NCBI GenBank assembly: GCA_049692255.1
Contig: JBAVOR010000016.1
Location: 7,006-71,005 of the forward strand
Reading direction: 5' to 3'
DNA from: Candidatus Babeliales bacterium
GTDB lineage: Bacteria; Babelota; Babeliae; Babelales; JACPOV01
Length of the DNA stretch: 64,000 bases
Below are positions 20,678 through 31,498 of this stretch, one piece after another. Within the stretch, counting starts at the first letter, position 1. Each line of letters opens with the position of its first letter. The position numbers and the translations under genes are program-made. The notes beneath the pieces were generated by a model, which had not been told where the DNA came from, did not search any database, and was given only the letters and a program-made list of their open reading frames with translations.

Positions 20678-21979
20678 CTACTCTGGTGCGTGATCAGTGC
20701 CTTTAAAAATGCGTACTTGCAGCACCCGTTTTGCGCTTGCTTGCTGTACATGGAAACCGTACTCTTTGTACACAATCCGTTCGCCGGTTTTAGGCAGATG
20801 TTGTAACTGCTCAGTCAGGAAACCGCCAATAGTAACAGCCGTTACTACTTCAAAGTTGATATTGAGTAGTTTACTCAGCGTTTCTAGCGTCACGCTGCCA
20901 TCGATTAACCAACCGCCGTCATGCAACGGTACAATTTTTTCCGGTACGTTTTCGTATTCGTCACGAATTTCACCCACAATCTCTTCCAGCACGTCTTCCA
21001 ATGTTACTAAGCCAGTAATGCTGCCATATTCGTTGAGCACGATGGCTATGTGAATATGTTTCAGGCGCAACTCGCGTAATAGTTGGTTGATTTTTAAACT
21101 TTCAGGGATAAATAGAATAGGGCGAACCAGCTCTTCGAGTGGTTTTTCTTGTTGTTGAGACATGAGCAAAAAGATATCTTTTTGCAGCACCATACCAATG
21201 ATATTATCTTTGGTTTCTTTAAAGACCGGTAGGCGCGATAGTTGATATTTAGAAAATACCTCGAACGATTCTTTGAGCGTTGCGCGTGCATCCAGCATTA
21301 CAATATCAATTGCGGGGACCATGATCTCTTTTACTTGCTTGCTGCCCAACTTAAAGATGCTTTGAAGCATTTCTGTTTTTTCTCGTTCCATTAACCCTTT
21401 TTCATTAATGTAATCGATTAAAAAACGAATTTCTCGTTCGGTGACCATCGATTCGGTGGGTTCTGTCGGTCCACCGAAAATGCTTAACACCCACGCAGAC
21501 AACCGCATCAAAAAATTAACTACCGGGTACAGCGTGTAATACACCACATTCGTGAACCAAAGTGTTGAACGGAACAGTCGCTCGCCATGTATTTTAGCTA
21601 AATTTTTGGGAATCACTTCACCAAAGATTAAGATAGCAGTAGTGGCCACACCAATGCCCACCGAAAACCCTAAGCCGCCCGAAAGCTGCAGCTGTTCAAA
21701 GAGTGTTTCCATGATATTAGTAATGAGCGCTGCCGCAGTCACGTCGGCCAAATTGCTGCCAATCAATATGGTCACCAGTACTTGCTGAGGGCGCTCTTCG
21801 AGCGTTTTAAATAACTCTTGGTAGCGCGGGCTGGTGGTAGCTATTTCTTTGAGTTTAAACAAACGCAATGCCGTTATGGCCGTTTCTAAAAAAGAAAACA
21901 GCGCACACGCGAGCAATGCAACAAAAAAACCTAGCAATTGGGGGTAAAAAAAGGCACTTCCTAATGGGTCTGGGCTCAT
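20678..21979 (-). CDS. CNNM/HlyC/CorC-family transporter (DUF21-CBS-CorC)
   Basis: N-terminal membrane DUF21-like region, then a CBS pair, then a C-terminal CorC_HlyC-like domain. 433 aa. Confidence 0.75.
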   Translation of the reverse strand: MSPDPLGSAFFYPQLLGFFVALLACALFSFLETAITALRLFKLKEIATTSPRYQELFKTLEERPQQVLVTILIGSNLADVTAAALITNIMETLFEQLQLSGGLGFSVGIGVATTAILIFGEVIPKNLAKIHGERLFRSTLWFTNVVYYTLYPVVNFLMRLSAWVLSIFGGPTEPTESMVTEREIRFLIDYINEKGLMEREKTEMLQSIFKLGSKQVKEIMVPAIDIVMLDARATLKESFEVFSKYQLSRLPVFKETKDNIIGMVLQKDIFLLMSQQQEKPLEELVRPILFIPESLKINQLLRELRLKHIHIAIVLNEYGSITGLVTLEDVLEEIVGEIRDEYENVPEKIVPLHDGGWLIDGSVTLETLSKLLNINFEVVTAVTIGGFLTEQLQHLPKTGERIVYKEYGFHVQQASAKRVLQVRIFKGTDHAPE

Positions 21980-22006
21980 GATACCTACAGTGTCCTTACC
22001 GTATAA

Positions 22007-24013
22007 TTATTCATCAAAATCATCATCCTCTTCATCGACATCGGCAATCGTATCATATTCTTTATCGAAAAACGATTGTAATTTTTTACTGCGCGAAGAG
22101 TGGCGTAACTTACGTAAAGCCTTTACTTCAATTTGACGAATACGCTCACGAGTTACCGAAAAGTCTTTCCCGACTTCTTCTAGCGTATGCTCTGAAGCAA
22201 CGTCTATGCCAAAACGCATTTTTAACACTTTTTCTTCGCGTGGCGTTAATGTCTTAAGCACTTCACGCACTCGTTCCTTCAGATCGTTGCTGGCAACCGT
22301 TTCTGCAGGAGAAAAATCGTTTTCATTTTCAATAAAGTCTTTAATAAAGGCGTCTTCGCTATCACCAACCGGTGTTTCTAAAGAGATAGGTTCTTTAGAA
22401 ATTTTGATGATATTTTTAATCTTCTTTTCATCAATATTCAGCTCTTTAGACAGTTCGGTGTGTGATGGTTCGCGGCCATGTTCTTGAATAAAGATGCGTT
22501 TAATTTTGTTGATCTTGTTGAGCGTTTCAACCATGTGAACCGGTACACGAATGGTACGAGACTGATCGGCAATGGCACGGGTAATTGCTTGACGGATCCA
22601 CCAAGTCGCATACGTAGAGAACTTATATCCCCGTTCAAATTCGAACTTTTCCACCGCTTTCATCAAACCAATGTTACCTTCTTGAATCAGGTCAAGAAAG
22701 TGCAAGCCTTTGTTGATGTATTTTTTAGCAATATTAACGACAAGGCGTAAGTTTGCTTTTGCTAGATCATCTTTAGCACGTTTGTCTTTGAGCAAGCCGA
22801 TTTGCAACTTATGATAATGCTTATAAATAACTTCGTGTGGCAAGCCCATCTCTTGTTCTACTTTTTTAATGAGCTTGTGCGCGGTGCGAATGTTTCTTTC
22901 CAACTCTTCTTTTTCTGCCACTTGCTCTGCATCGATATTTTTTATGCCGTTCAGATTATTAAGTCGTATTTCATCACGCTTAATCTCTTGCTGTTTTTCT
23001 TCAATTTTATTGATATTTTTTTCAATGCGTTTTGATAGTTTGCGCAGTAATTTGTTGGCGATCTTAATCATTTGAATTTGTGCGCTTATTTCTTCTTTAT
23101 TTTTGCGCACCTTATCAAGCATCTCTTTCTTTTTTTCTTCTGTTTCCAATTTTCCGCGATAGCTTAAGTAAATGCGCTCTTCGTTTGCTATTAAATCTTT
23201 AATGGTATTGATAGTTGCCAAAAAGACCGCGCCTTCTTCTTCAATTTTAGGAAGGTTTTCTTGGAACTCAGAAAACTGAATAATATCTTTCAGCGGTACC
23301 GTATTTTTTTGTACCTTTTCTCCGATGCTCACCAGCTCTTTGTGAATAAAAGGGAATTTAGAGATCGATTCGATAGCTTCTTTTTTGCCTAACGCTATCT
23401 GGTCTGCAATAACTTTTTCTGTTTTTTTATTGAGTAACGGAATCTTACCGATTTCTCGCAGGTATACTTTTACCCCATCAGTTAATTGGGTAGCCCCTGC
23501 CATTTCTTTAGGATTTTCCTCTTCTTCCTCATCTTCATCTTCGGCCGCTTCTTCTTCTTGTTCATCCCCTTCAAACTCGAGATTATTAAAGCTCGACTTT
23601 ACTGAGCTGGTAGCAGACTCTTCTTCATCTTTGTGTAAATCTTCCAACGCCGATGAGGCTAGATCATCAACATCATCAATTAACATTTCTATACCCTCTT
23701 TTTCCAATGTGCGTAAAAGTTCTTGGGTATCTTTTTCATTTAATTGATACTGTTGCGTTGCTTCAATCAGTTCTTCTTGAGTGAGTGCGCCTCGCTTATG
23801 CGCGCGGGTAACGATAGCGGCAAATATCTGATTTTTGATATCCGTATCTTTGTCGGCAAGCTGCTCTTTCTTAACCGCATCTTGGATACTATTTTTTTTG
23901 GAAAGGGAGCTCTTTTTTAGTATCGATTTTGGTTTATTTTTTGTGCTCATGGAAGATGAGGATGCTACCGGTTTTTTACTGATTGTTTGTTTGATCGTTA
24001 TTTTTTTCTTCAT
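22007..24013 (-). CDS. rpoD: RNA polymerase sigma-70 factor RpoD with N-terminal Lys/Ser-rich extension
   Basis: Region 2 '[36 protein letters not shown]'. Region 4 present. Acidic patch '[15 protein letters not shown]'. Start overlaps the dnaG stop. Confidence 0.9.
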   Translation of the reverse strand: MKKKITIKQTISKKPVASSSSMSTKNKPKSILKKSSLSKKNSIQDAVKKEQLADKDTDIKNQIFAAIVTRAHKRGALTQEELIEATQQYQLNEKDTQELLRTLEKEGIEMLIDDVDDLASSALEDLHKDEEESATSSVKSSFNNLEFEGDEQEEEAAEDEDEEEEENPKEMAGATQLTDGVKVYLREIGKIPLLNKKTEKVIADQIALGKKEAIESISKFPFIHKELVSIGEKVQKNTVPLKDIIQFSEFQENLPKIEEEGAVFLATINTIKDLIANEERIYLSYRGKLETEEKKKEMLDKVRKNKEEISAQIQMIKIANKLLRKLSKRIEKNINKIEEKQQEIKRDEIRLNNLNGIKNIDAEQVAEKEELERNIRTAHKLIKKVEQEMGLPHEVIYKHYHKLQIGLLKDKRAKDDLAKANLRLVVNIAKKYINKGLHFLDLIQEGNIGLMKAVEKFEFERGYKFSTYATWWIRQAITRAIADQSRTIRVPVHMVETLNKINKIKRIFIQEHGREPSHTELSKELNIDEKKIKNIIKISKEPISLETPVGDSEDAFIKDFIENENDFSPAETVASNDLKERVREVLKTLTPREEKVLKMRFGIDVASEHTLEEVGKDFSVTRERIRQIEVKALRKLRHSSRSKKLQSFFDKEYDTIADVDEEDDDFDE

Positions 24014-25800
24014 ATAAGCCCCTTACGCAAAAGAGTGCGGCGTAATTCCTGGAACGTTTGTATTATCGATTCAACTTCTTGGGTATTTTGAGCCATTGTT
24101 GCGTGTTGTAACCGTTCTTTGGTTTGTGCAACAATGGTTTTCCACTGCCTTTTTTGAAATTGCATGAGAAGCATCGGTAGGTCATTTTTTTCTACCGTAT
24201 CGCCATACTCAATAAGCAATTTATGTACAAGCAGCTTTTCATCAGCAGGTAATAAAGACATACGATCGCCACCATGGTCTGCATTATGCAGTGTGGCCTC
24301 TTTTATTTTAATATAGATAGTTTTTAATGGCTCACTCAAATAGGTGCGTACATATGTCTCGTCTTCTGGCTCAAGGATATCCATATGGTTTATTATAACA
24401 GAAAATAATTTTTTTTCCAAGATGGTGAGCGTTTCAGCACTATCAATGAGCGGTGGTAAGGCCGGTGTCGCTACAGAAACGGCTGATTCAGGCAGCTCTT
24501 TTTTACTGCTATTTTTGAGCATGCGCTGATATTCTTGCTTGAGCGTTTCGACCGATATGGCAAACTGCTGTGCCGCCTGTTGCAAAATAAGATCTTTTTT
24601 GAATGGGTCTTGCAGATGTGCTATAGCATCAAGCACCTCTTTGATAGCTTCTATTTTTTCCTTGACCGCTTTAGCGCTGAATCCTGCGCTATTCTTTTCA
24701 ATTAAATAACTGAAAATATCTTTTGACTGTGCGATAGCCTCTTCGAGCGTTCCTTTTTTAGCAAGCCATGAGGCAGGGTCTTCTGTTGGCGGTAAAGGAA
24801 TGATGTGCAGTTCAAGGCCTAGTTCCCAGCACAGTGATGCCATGCGTACCATGGCCCGTTGCCCAGCGGCATCTCCATCGTATGCAGCGTATATATGATT
24901 AACATACCGTGCAATAAGGCGCAGCTGTTCAATGGTGCAGGCGGTACCCATGGTTGCTACCGTTGCCCCATAACCGTGCTGCATCATAGCCATGCAATCA
25001 AGGTATCCTTCAACAATAAAGACGCTATCTTCTTTTTGCATTGCCGCTTTTGCTCTATCGAGCCCGAACAGGAGATGGCCTTTGGTAAAATATTCATTTT
25101 CACGGGAATTGTAATATTTTGCTCGTTCGTCTCCGCCAACAAATACACGGCCACCAAAGCCATAGATACGACCCATGTGGTCGGTAATAGGGAACATAAC
25201 GCGATTTTCAAAGGGAGAAAATGGCATATTTTTAGTTTCTTGTATAATGCCAACTTTGATCAGATCTTCTACTAAAAAAGAACTTTTTTTGAGTGCAGTA
25301 ATAACTTGCTGCACCCCGTGTGCGCCCGGAGGAAAATAACCGATTTGATGCGTAATAATCATCTGCTCTTGAATGCCTCTGTTCTTGAGATATTGCAGTA
25401 CTGCAGGTGATTTGAGTAACAGACTATGAAATAATGAACAGAGCATCTGGTGCAATGCGTGGTAACGTGTTTTTTCTTCGTGTGATTGAGTGCGGTCTGG
25501 CCCTTTAGAGGGACTCATCTTTTCTGGCAAACTAATTTTATATTGATCAGCAAGCATTTGCACTGCTTCAAAGGGAGAGCAATGTTCTACTTTTGCAATA
25601 AATTCGATCACATCACCCCCGGTATGGCAACCAAAGCAGTAGAAAATATTTTTATGGGGGCTGACGGTAAAAGAAGCAGTCTTTTCGGTATGAAACGGGC
25701 AGGTGCCCTTAAAGTAGTATCCTACCTTTTTGAGTGTGGCATATTGACTTACCACATCCAAAATTGAAACTTGTTGTTTAATGAGACTGAATGCGTTCAT
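24010..25800 (-). CDS. dnaG: DNA primase
   Basis: CHC2 zinc finger '[13 protein letters not shown]...CFGC'. TOPRIM region 'EGYLDCMA'. 596 aa. Confidence 0.85.
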   Translation of the reverse strand: MNAFSLIKQQVSILDVVSQYATLKKVGYYFKGTCPFHTEKTASFTVSPHKNIFYCFGCHTGGDVIEFIAKVEHCSPFEAVQMLADQYKISLPEKMSPSKGPDRTQSHEEKTRYHALHQMLCSLFHSLLLKSPAVLQYLKNRGIQEQMIITHQIGYFPPGAHGVQQVITALKKSSFLVEDLIKVGIIQETKNMPFSPFENRVMFPITDHMGRIYGFGGRVFVGGDERAKYYNSRENEYFTKGHLLFGLDRAKAAMQKEDSVFIVEGYLDCMAMMQHGYGATVATMGTACTIEQLRLIARYVNHIYAAYDGDAAGQRAMVRMASLCWELGLELHIIPLPPTEDPASWLAKKGTLEEAIAQSKDIFSYLIEKNSAGFSAKAVKEKIEAIKEVLDAIAHLQDPFKKDLILQQAAQQFAISVETLKQEYQRMLKNSSKKELPESAVSVATPALPPLIDSAETLTILEKKLFSVIINHMDILEPEDETYVRTYLSEPLKTIYIKIKEATLHNADHGGDRMSLLPADEKLLVHKLLIEYGDTVEKNDLPMLLMQFQKRQWKTIVAQTKERLQHATMAQNTQEVESIIQTFQELRRTLLRKGLI

Positions 25801-26530
25801 GTGTGTATCGCCTTACGTACCAATATATACCCAGGCCGCTGCTTATTACCAATAGTGCGATACATTGTTGTACCGAGAGCCATGACATGGGGGTGCATGT
25901 GCGATCGGCACGAAAAAAATCAACGATAAAACGTTCCAATCCTACTCCTATGACGTATGCAGCAAAGATTGTGCCTTGTGCATGCCAACGTTTGTGTGCC
26001 ATTGCGTATAAGCAGGCAAATAAGAGCAGCAATGCGCCAGCGCTGTACAGTTGTGTCGGATGGGTGTGCACAGAGTAAAGCCATAGATCTCGTGCTTGCA
26101 TGAGTGCGGTGCCGCCACAACAACCAGCAGTTAAGCAGCCAATGCGCGCAACTGCCTGTAATAATGGCATATATAACGCCAAAATATCAGCAGTAGGGAG
26201 CACGGGAATGGCGCGGGACCATAAGTAGAACGCTATTGTTGATACGGTAGCAATAACGCTCCCTAAAATAGAAAACCCACCATACCAGGGCAGTAGTAGA
26301 TCAAGAAAACTTTCGATTTGGCCATGAGAAGTAAGTGCATAGACCACTCGTCCCCCAATAAAAGCGCTTACAATGCCTGTAATAATAAGTGAAGAAAAGA
26401 CGTTTTCATCAAAAAGTTGTTTTCTTCTTTCATCGTGAATAATAAGTCGCCAGTAAAGCAGCGTGGCACATGCAATAAAGAGGCCGTAACTGTGAATGGC
26501 AATGGGGCCCCAGATATGGAGTAGTTCCAT
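25778..26530 (-). CDS. lgt: Prolipoprotein diacylglyceryl transferase
   Basis: 250 aa polytopic membrane protein. 'HPTQLYSA' region typical of Lgt. 'GGF' motif. Confidence 0.7.
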   Translation of the reverse strand: MELLHIWGPIAIHSYGLFIACATLLYWRLIIHDERRKQLFDENVFSSLIITGIVSAFIGGRVVYALTSHGQIESFLDLLLPWYGGFSILGSVIATVSTIAFYLWSRAIPVLPTADILALYMPLLQAVARIGCLTAGCCGGTALMQARDLWLYSVHTHPTQLYSAGALLLLFACLYAMAHKRWHAQGTIFAAYVIGVGLERFIVDFFRADRTCTPMSWLSVQQCIALLVISSGLGIYWYVRRYTHERIQSH

Positions 26531-26711
26531 ATAACCTCTGTTTTTTTAATGTTTGTGTATTCTTACTAGTCTGGGCAAAAATGTTGGTTTTGGCAAAGGA
26601 TTCGAAGAAAATATTATTCCTCTTGTATTTATTGCAAATTGGATAATAAAATATATATACTATTGTGTAGATACGGATTGAAATTAAAAAGCGGATTAAA
26701 ACGGAGGACTT

Positions 26712-27110
26712 ATGAATAAAATGATGGGCTCGTTGTTATTGATGAGTATGGCGGGGAATATGCATGCAGTGCCTACCGCAATAACCATTACTAACAAAAC
26801 AGGAAACACAATTAACGCACTGATACCTAATGCTTTTGGCGGGGATCGAGGATATTTAGTAGTACCCACTACTGAAAAAGATGGTATTCTAGATGGGCAA
26901 ACTGTAATATTAAGCTGCGCTAAGATAGCAACTAACACAATCGTGAATTTTCATGCGTTGCGCTGGACTCTCCCCACCATTCAACTAGCTATTAGTGATG
27001 CTGATAACAAGTGGCAAACCGTCAGATCTGGTATTCCACCTCTTGATTATCAGCTTGCAGTTACTATTACTGCAAAAGATGTCGTACTTATTAAAGAGCA
27101 AAAATCGTAA
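26712..27110 (+). CDS. Small secreted hypothetical protein
   Basis: Signal peptide 'MMGSLLLMSMAGNMHA'. 132 aa. Confidence 0.4.
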   Translation: MNKMMGSLLLMSMAGNMHAVPTAITITNKTGNTINALIPNAFGGDRGYLVVPTTEKDGILDGQTVILSCAKIATNTIVNFHALRWTLPTIQLAISDADNKWQTVRSGIPPLDYQLAVTITAKDVVLIKEQKS

Positions 27111-27127
27111 ATAATAAGGAGTTATTA

Positions 27128-27478
27128 ATGAAAAGAATAAGAGTTCTTTGGTGGGTTATAATGACATATACAATAGATATGCTTCCTGGTCATTACGCAG
27201 TATCAGTTACCAATAACGCAAGCGTGCCTGTAGATATGAAATTAGAGGTACAAAAAGACGGAGCACCTCTTACGTTGCAATTCGTAAGCGGAACGAAGTC
27301 GGGAGGATCAGCTCAGCTGGCAGGAGATATTGATGCGGGCAATAGTGCAGCAGTGTTTTCAATAGCATATCAAGGGGGGAATTGGCAGATTATACGGAAT
27401 AATATACCTGCCGGCGCTGTGCCAACTCAGATAACACTTGCCCAGCAGAAAAATCTCCGTACTTTTTCTGCTAACTAA
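27128..27478 (+). CDS. Small hypothetical protein
   Basis: 116 aa ORF immediately after the previous one. AAGGAG Shine-Dalgarno. Confidence 0.4.
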   Translation: MKRIRVLWWVIMTYTIDMLPGHYAVSVTNNASVPVDMKLEVQKDGAPLTLQFVSGTKSGGSAQLAGDIDAGNSAAVFSIAYQGGNWQIIRNNIPAGAVPTQITLAQQKNLRTFSAN

Positions 27479-28109
27479 TATTTGCAGTACTTTTGTCTTG
27501 CGTATCTGGCTGTGCTTGTAATGCTATGCGATCAGGCGCATCCCAGCAGAAAGTAATGCTTGCTTGTTTATGGCCTGCGGGCAAGGGCAGCGAAAGTTCT
27601 TTTTTTTCTTGATGGTACATGATGCCGAACCGTTTAAATTCGCATGCATACGCGACCGTTACTTTACCATCACTGACCGGTACCGTGACCGATTCATTAT
27701 TGCCCAACAGTTTTTGATTGATAGTTACTTGGAAAAGAGAAGGTTTTGGTTTTGCCCAATGCCCTTCGTAGGTAATCATTTTGTCGGTAATGCTATTTAC
27801 GATAGTGATCGTTTCCGCTTTTTTAGCTGCAGGAACAACTGGAGATATAACAGCAGTAATGGCTTGAGGCTTTTCATGTGCTCTTGGCTCCTGTTTTTGT
27901 TGCGTGGCTATTTCTTTTCGCTCGAGCCCATTTTTTGGTGCACAATTGGGTTCCTGCTTCTTTTGTGTTACGGCTACTGGGGCTTTTTTTTCTAGTTCGC
28001 AGCTCATGCGTTGCGACTGTTGTTTTTTCTTTAACATCGCGCTCGTAACACATGGATATTGCGCAAGTATGCCCAGCAATGCAATAGATATTTTTTTTGT
28101 ATGCTTCAT
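27471..28109 (-). CDS. Secreted hypothetical protein
   Basis: Signal peptide 'ISIALLGILAQYPCVTSA'. 212 aa. Confidence 0.4.
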   Translation of the reverse strand: MKHTKKISIALLGILAQYPCVTSAMLKKKQQSQRMSCELEKKAPVAVTQKKQEPNCAPKNGLERKEIATQQKQEPRAHEKPQAITAVISPVVPAAKKAETITIVNSITDKMITYEGHWAKPKPSLFQVTINQKLLGNNESVTVPVSDGKVTVAYACEFKRFGIMYHQEKKELSLPLPAGHKQASITFCWDAPDRIALQAQPDTQDKSTANIS

Positions 28110-28140
28110 CTCTGTTCCTTCTTTTTCAAAACATTAAAAA

Positions 28141-28635
28141 TTACTTCTTAAACATGTTTTTTATCTCAACTGCGGCCTCAATTGCGGCTCCTATTGCAAT
28201 GAGTCCTAGTGGAATGGCAAATGCTACCCCGCCGACTGTCCACCAATTCATGAATCTTTCTGGTGAAACTATTTTGCATTCCGTACTGGATTCGGTCGCT
28301 TCATAGCGGTAAAACATCTTATAATTGGCGACGTTTAAACCGCACCATTGCACCGGTTGTATAAAGCTGACTTCGGCATGAGCTACTCGCATAGCGACAC
28401 CATCTTTATAAAACGTGTTTTCTTTGGTTACTTTTTCGATTCTAAATTTACCGCAACCAGGAAAATCAATTTCTTTATTCACATCGTCTTCTTTGAATGA
28501 TTGTGGTATAGGAAAGTTCTCAACCAGAAACGTTTCAAGTATTTTCTGCTTATTTTGCGGCGCATCAGCCTCTGCAGTGTAAATGCACGATATAATACCT
28601 AAAGTTGCTAGCAGTAGCAATGCATATTTTTTCAT
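28141..28635 (-). CDS. Secreted/anchored hypothetical protein
   Basis: N-terminal signal peptide plus C-terminal hydrophobic segment. 164 aa. Confidence 0.4.
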   Translation of the reverse strand: MKKYALLLLATLGIISCIYTAEADAPQNKQKILETFLVENFPIPQSFKEDDVNKEIDFPGCGKFRIEKVTKENTFYKDGVAMRVAHAEVSFIQPVQWCGLNVANYKMFYRYEATESSTECKIVSPERFMNWWTVGGVAFAIPLGLIAIGAAIEAAVEIKNMFKK

Positions 28636-30443
28636 TATCCATTCTTTCTCTTTTTATATGCCATATCTTGTATTTTAAAAATAAGCAACGATAATGCAGC
28701 GGGAGTCATGCCGGGAATCAACGCAGCATCAGCAATAGTTGCTGGCTTGTAGCGCACTAACTTTTCTTGTAACTCTTTTGATAGTCCTGGAACATCTTTA
28801 AAATCGGTACTATCTTCGATAACCAGTTCCCGATATCGCTCCATTTTTTGGATCTCTTTTTGTTCCCGCTTTAGATACGGTTCATAGCGTATTTCTGACC
28901 ACAATGCCTGAAGTGCTCGGTCATTTAATTTGTTCTCTGTTGCGGCGCGTAATGTTTCTATGTTCGTTTCGTCTCTCCCTAAAAGCTTAAGGAGTTCTTC
29001 ATGGTTTTTATTTTTTTTGAGTGCTGTGATCGATTCTTTAACTAATGTTTCTTCGTTTTTAATCGTATCAAATAGCTCTTTACTGATCAGCCCTAAATTA
29101 TGACTTGAATCTGCTAAGCGATAAAACACGGTGTACTGCCCGAGCGTTAATCTATTTTCTGAGCGTGCGGTAAACATACGATACGGTTCATCGACTCCCA
29201 GTGTTACTAAATCATCAATCATAACACCAATGTATCCATCATGCCGTTTTAATACAAATGGCTCTAGGGTGTGTGCTTTTAAATGGGCATTGATGCCAGC
29301 AATAATGCCTTGCCCTGCAGCTTCTTCGTAGCCAGTAGTACCGTTAATTTGTCCTGCTAAAAAGAGGCCAGGTACTAATTTGGTTTCTAGCGAATGTTTC
29401 AGTTGATTGGGATGCACAAAATCATATTCAACCGCGTATCCAGCTTTAGTGATAATCGCATTTTCAAACCCCTTGATAGTGCGAATAAACTGCTCTTGTA
29501 CGTGCAACGGCAGCGATGTAGAAATACCGTTTGGATAGATTTCTTCTGTCGATGCACTTTCTGGTTCAACAAATACGTGGTGTGCAGTTTTGTCTGCAAA
29601 GCGCGCAATTTTATCTTCTATTGAAGGGCAGTAGCGGGGCGGTTTGCCCGTAATGTGCCCTGTGTACATAGGGGAAAGATGTAAGTTTTCACGAATGATG
29701 CGATGTGTTTCTTCGTTGGTATAGGTGATATAACAGTCACGGGTGTTAGTGACCCGGTGAGGGCTGAATTCGAATAGATATTCAAGATTGTCAGCCTCTT
29801 GCACGCTCATGCGTGAAAAATCGAGGCTCGAACGCAAAAGCCGTGGTGGAGTACCGGTTTTTAACCGTGACATGCGTAAGCCTAAGCGCTGCAGTTGTGC
29901 AGATAAATCTTTTACCGCTTCTTCCCCGCGACGACCAGCTGATTGGCTTTCAAGGCCAATATAGGTGCGGCCATTTAAAAAAGTACCGGTAGTGAGTACT
30001 ACGCTTTTACCCTGTAAGCGCTGTCCATTGGTTAAGGTAACGCCAGTGACTCCGTGCGCATTTGTTTGAATAGATGCGACCATGCCAGCCATGAGAGTAA
30101 GGTTAGGATGCTGTTGGAGTGTGGCAATGCTTAACTGATTATAACTTTCTTTATCGATCTGCAACCGAAGCCCATGGACTGCAGCACCTTTTTTAGTATT
30201 GAGCATACGTGCTTGCAGATATGTCTTCGTGCAGAGCTTAGGCATAAGGCCACCGAGTGCGCTAATTTCAAAAACCATGTGCCCTTTGCCAATACCCCCA
30301 ATTGCAGGGTTGCAGGGCATCCAGCCAATCTTATCGATCGAAAGGGTTATAAGAACTGTTTTTGAACCCATACTCGCTGCGGCATATGCTGCTTCGATGC
30401 CGGCGTGTCCGCCGCCGACAATAATGACATCAAAATCGTGCAT
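28635..30443 (-). CDS. mnmG: tRNA uridine 5-carboxymethylaminomethyl modification enzyme MnmG (GidA)
   Basis: FAD-binding 'FDVIIVGGGHAGIEAA'. Length about 600 aa. Start probably the Met of 'MHDFDVII' (ORF open to 30491). Confidence 0.85.
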   Translation of the reverse strand: MHDFDVIIVGGGHAGIEAAYAAASMGSKTVLITLSIDKIGWMPCNPAIGGIGKGHMVFEISALGGLMPKLCTKTYLQARMLNTKKGAAVHGLRLQIDKESYNQLSIATLQQHPNLTLMAGMVASIQTNAHGVTGVTLTNGQRLQGKSVVLTTGTFLNGRTYIGLESQSAGRRGEEAVKDLSAQLQRLGLRMSRLKTGTPPRLLRSSLDFSRMSVQEADNLEYLFEFSPHRVTNTRDCYITYTNEETHRIIRENLHLSPMYTGHITGKPPRYCPSIEDKIARFADKTAHHVFVEPESASTEEIYPNGISTSLPLHVQEQFIRTIKGFENAIITKAGYAVEYDFVHPNQLKHSLETKLVPGLFLAGQINGTTGYEEAAGQGIIAGINAHLKAHTLEPFVLKRHDGYIGVMIDDLVTLGVDEPYRMFTARSENRLTLGQYTVFYRLADSSHNLGLISKELFDTIKNEETLVKESITALKKNKNHEELLKLLGRDETNIETLRAATENKLNDRALQALWSEIRYEPYLKREQKEIQKMERYRELVIEDSTDFKDVPGLSKELQEKLVRYKPATIADAALIPGMTPAALSLLIFKIQDMAYKKRKNG

Positions 30444-30605
30444 TGTGTTGTTCATCTCTCGTGGATGAGTAAAATTGTCAAAAAAAAGCACCGACTATAG
30501 ACGATCATATTGACCTCCCTATAGCCGGTAAATTATATACTCATTAGCGCTTTTGTGCAAAAACCAAGGGCGGGTAAAGCCCCTCCATTTACGAAGATGG
30601 TTTTT

Positions 30606-31118
30606 TTACTTCTTCTTTCTTGCTGGCGCAGTACGGTGTGCAGGTGCTGCCGGCTTTTTTGTTGGTTTATGTTCTGCTGCAGCTGCGGCATTTCCTTTAT
30701 TGTTATACAATAGGATGCCTACGCGTGTAGCAAACGCTACCGTTCCTCGGTTAGTGATGCCTGTTGGCAAGAGGTTACGGAATGGGTCTAATCTTCTTTT
30801 GACGACCGATACGTCAGTTGAATTGCGAAGACTTTTTAATGCGATGATTAAGTTATTAAACATCTTTTCTGCCCCGCCTGGCGCATTTCTGAATTCAGGT
30901 TTTTGCAGAATAGTCTCTTTGAACTGCTCAAACACATGAATAATATTATCGATAAATGTCGCAAAATCGGGCGCATTATCGAATGCTTCTTCAATCAGTG
31001 TTTCAGGATCTTGTGTTACCGCCGCTACATCTGCTGCAGGTAATTGCGTGTTGAATATGTGGGTAGCTAAATAAAACGCGCCCATAATAAACAACTTTTT
31101 TTTGTTGAGAAATTTCAT
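30606..31118 (-). CDS. Secreted hypothetical protein with basic C-terminal tail
   Basis: Start at 'MKFLNKKKLFIMGAFYLATHIF'. C-terminal 'KKPAAPAHRTAPARKKK'. Confidence 0.4.
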   Translation of the reverse strand: MKFLNKKKLFIMGAFYLATHIFNTQLPAADVAAVTQDPETLIEEAFDNAPDFATFIDNIIHVFEQFKETILQKPEFRNAPGGAEKMFNNLIIALKSLRNSTDVSVVKRRLDPFRNLLPTGITNRGTVAFATRVGILLYNNKGNAAAAAEHKPTKKPAAPAHRTAPARKKK

Positions 31119-31426
31119 ATTGTACTCCTTTAAGATGCCTTTAAGGCCCCTCATTGTGTAAAATAGTTCAGGATCTATCGTCATTGTTGCCTAAAAACAC
31201 AATTCTGTCAAAAGTGCCCCACCCTCCCCCTGCTAAAATTACATATAGAAAATAGCCTTCTCTGGTGGGGGCCCATACGGTGAATGGCCGCCCCGATGAA
31301 TTATTTTCTATTAGAAACTATTATGAATGGTTGCGCTTACTTTAATAGTATTTTATGGCAAATATCAGTACGCTAAGGGGCATTGCTTGAGCGCTGTTGG
31401 AAATGCTTGCAAAAATGCGCTCATCC

Positions 31427-31467
31427 TGAGTGCCACTCGAAGAGTGGTGTATCGAAGGACATGAGCG
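31427..31467. repeat. REP/MITE-like element, copy B (partial)
   Basis: 'gcgctcatcctgagtg' + palindrome 'ccactcgaagagtgg' + 'gtatcgaaggacatgagcg'. The last module is the reverse complement of the copy A module 'cgctcatgtccttcgatac'. Confidence 0.5.
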
Positions 31468-31498
31468 TTACCCTTAAACCTATGAAAGAACTCTATCT

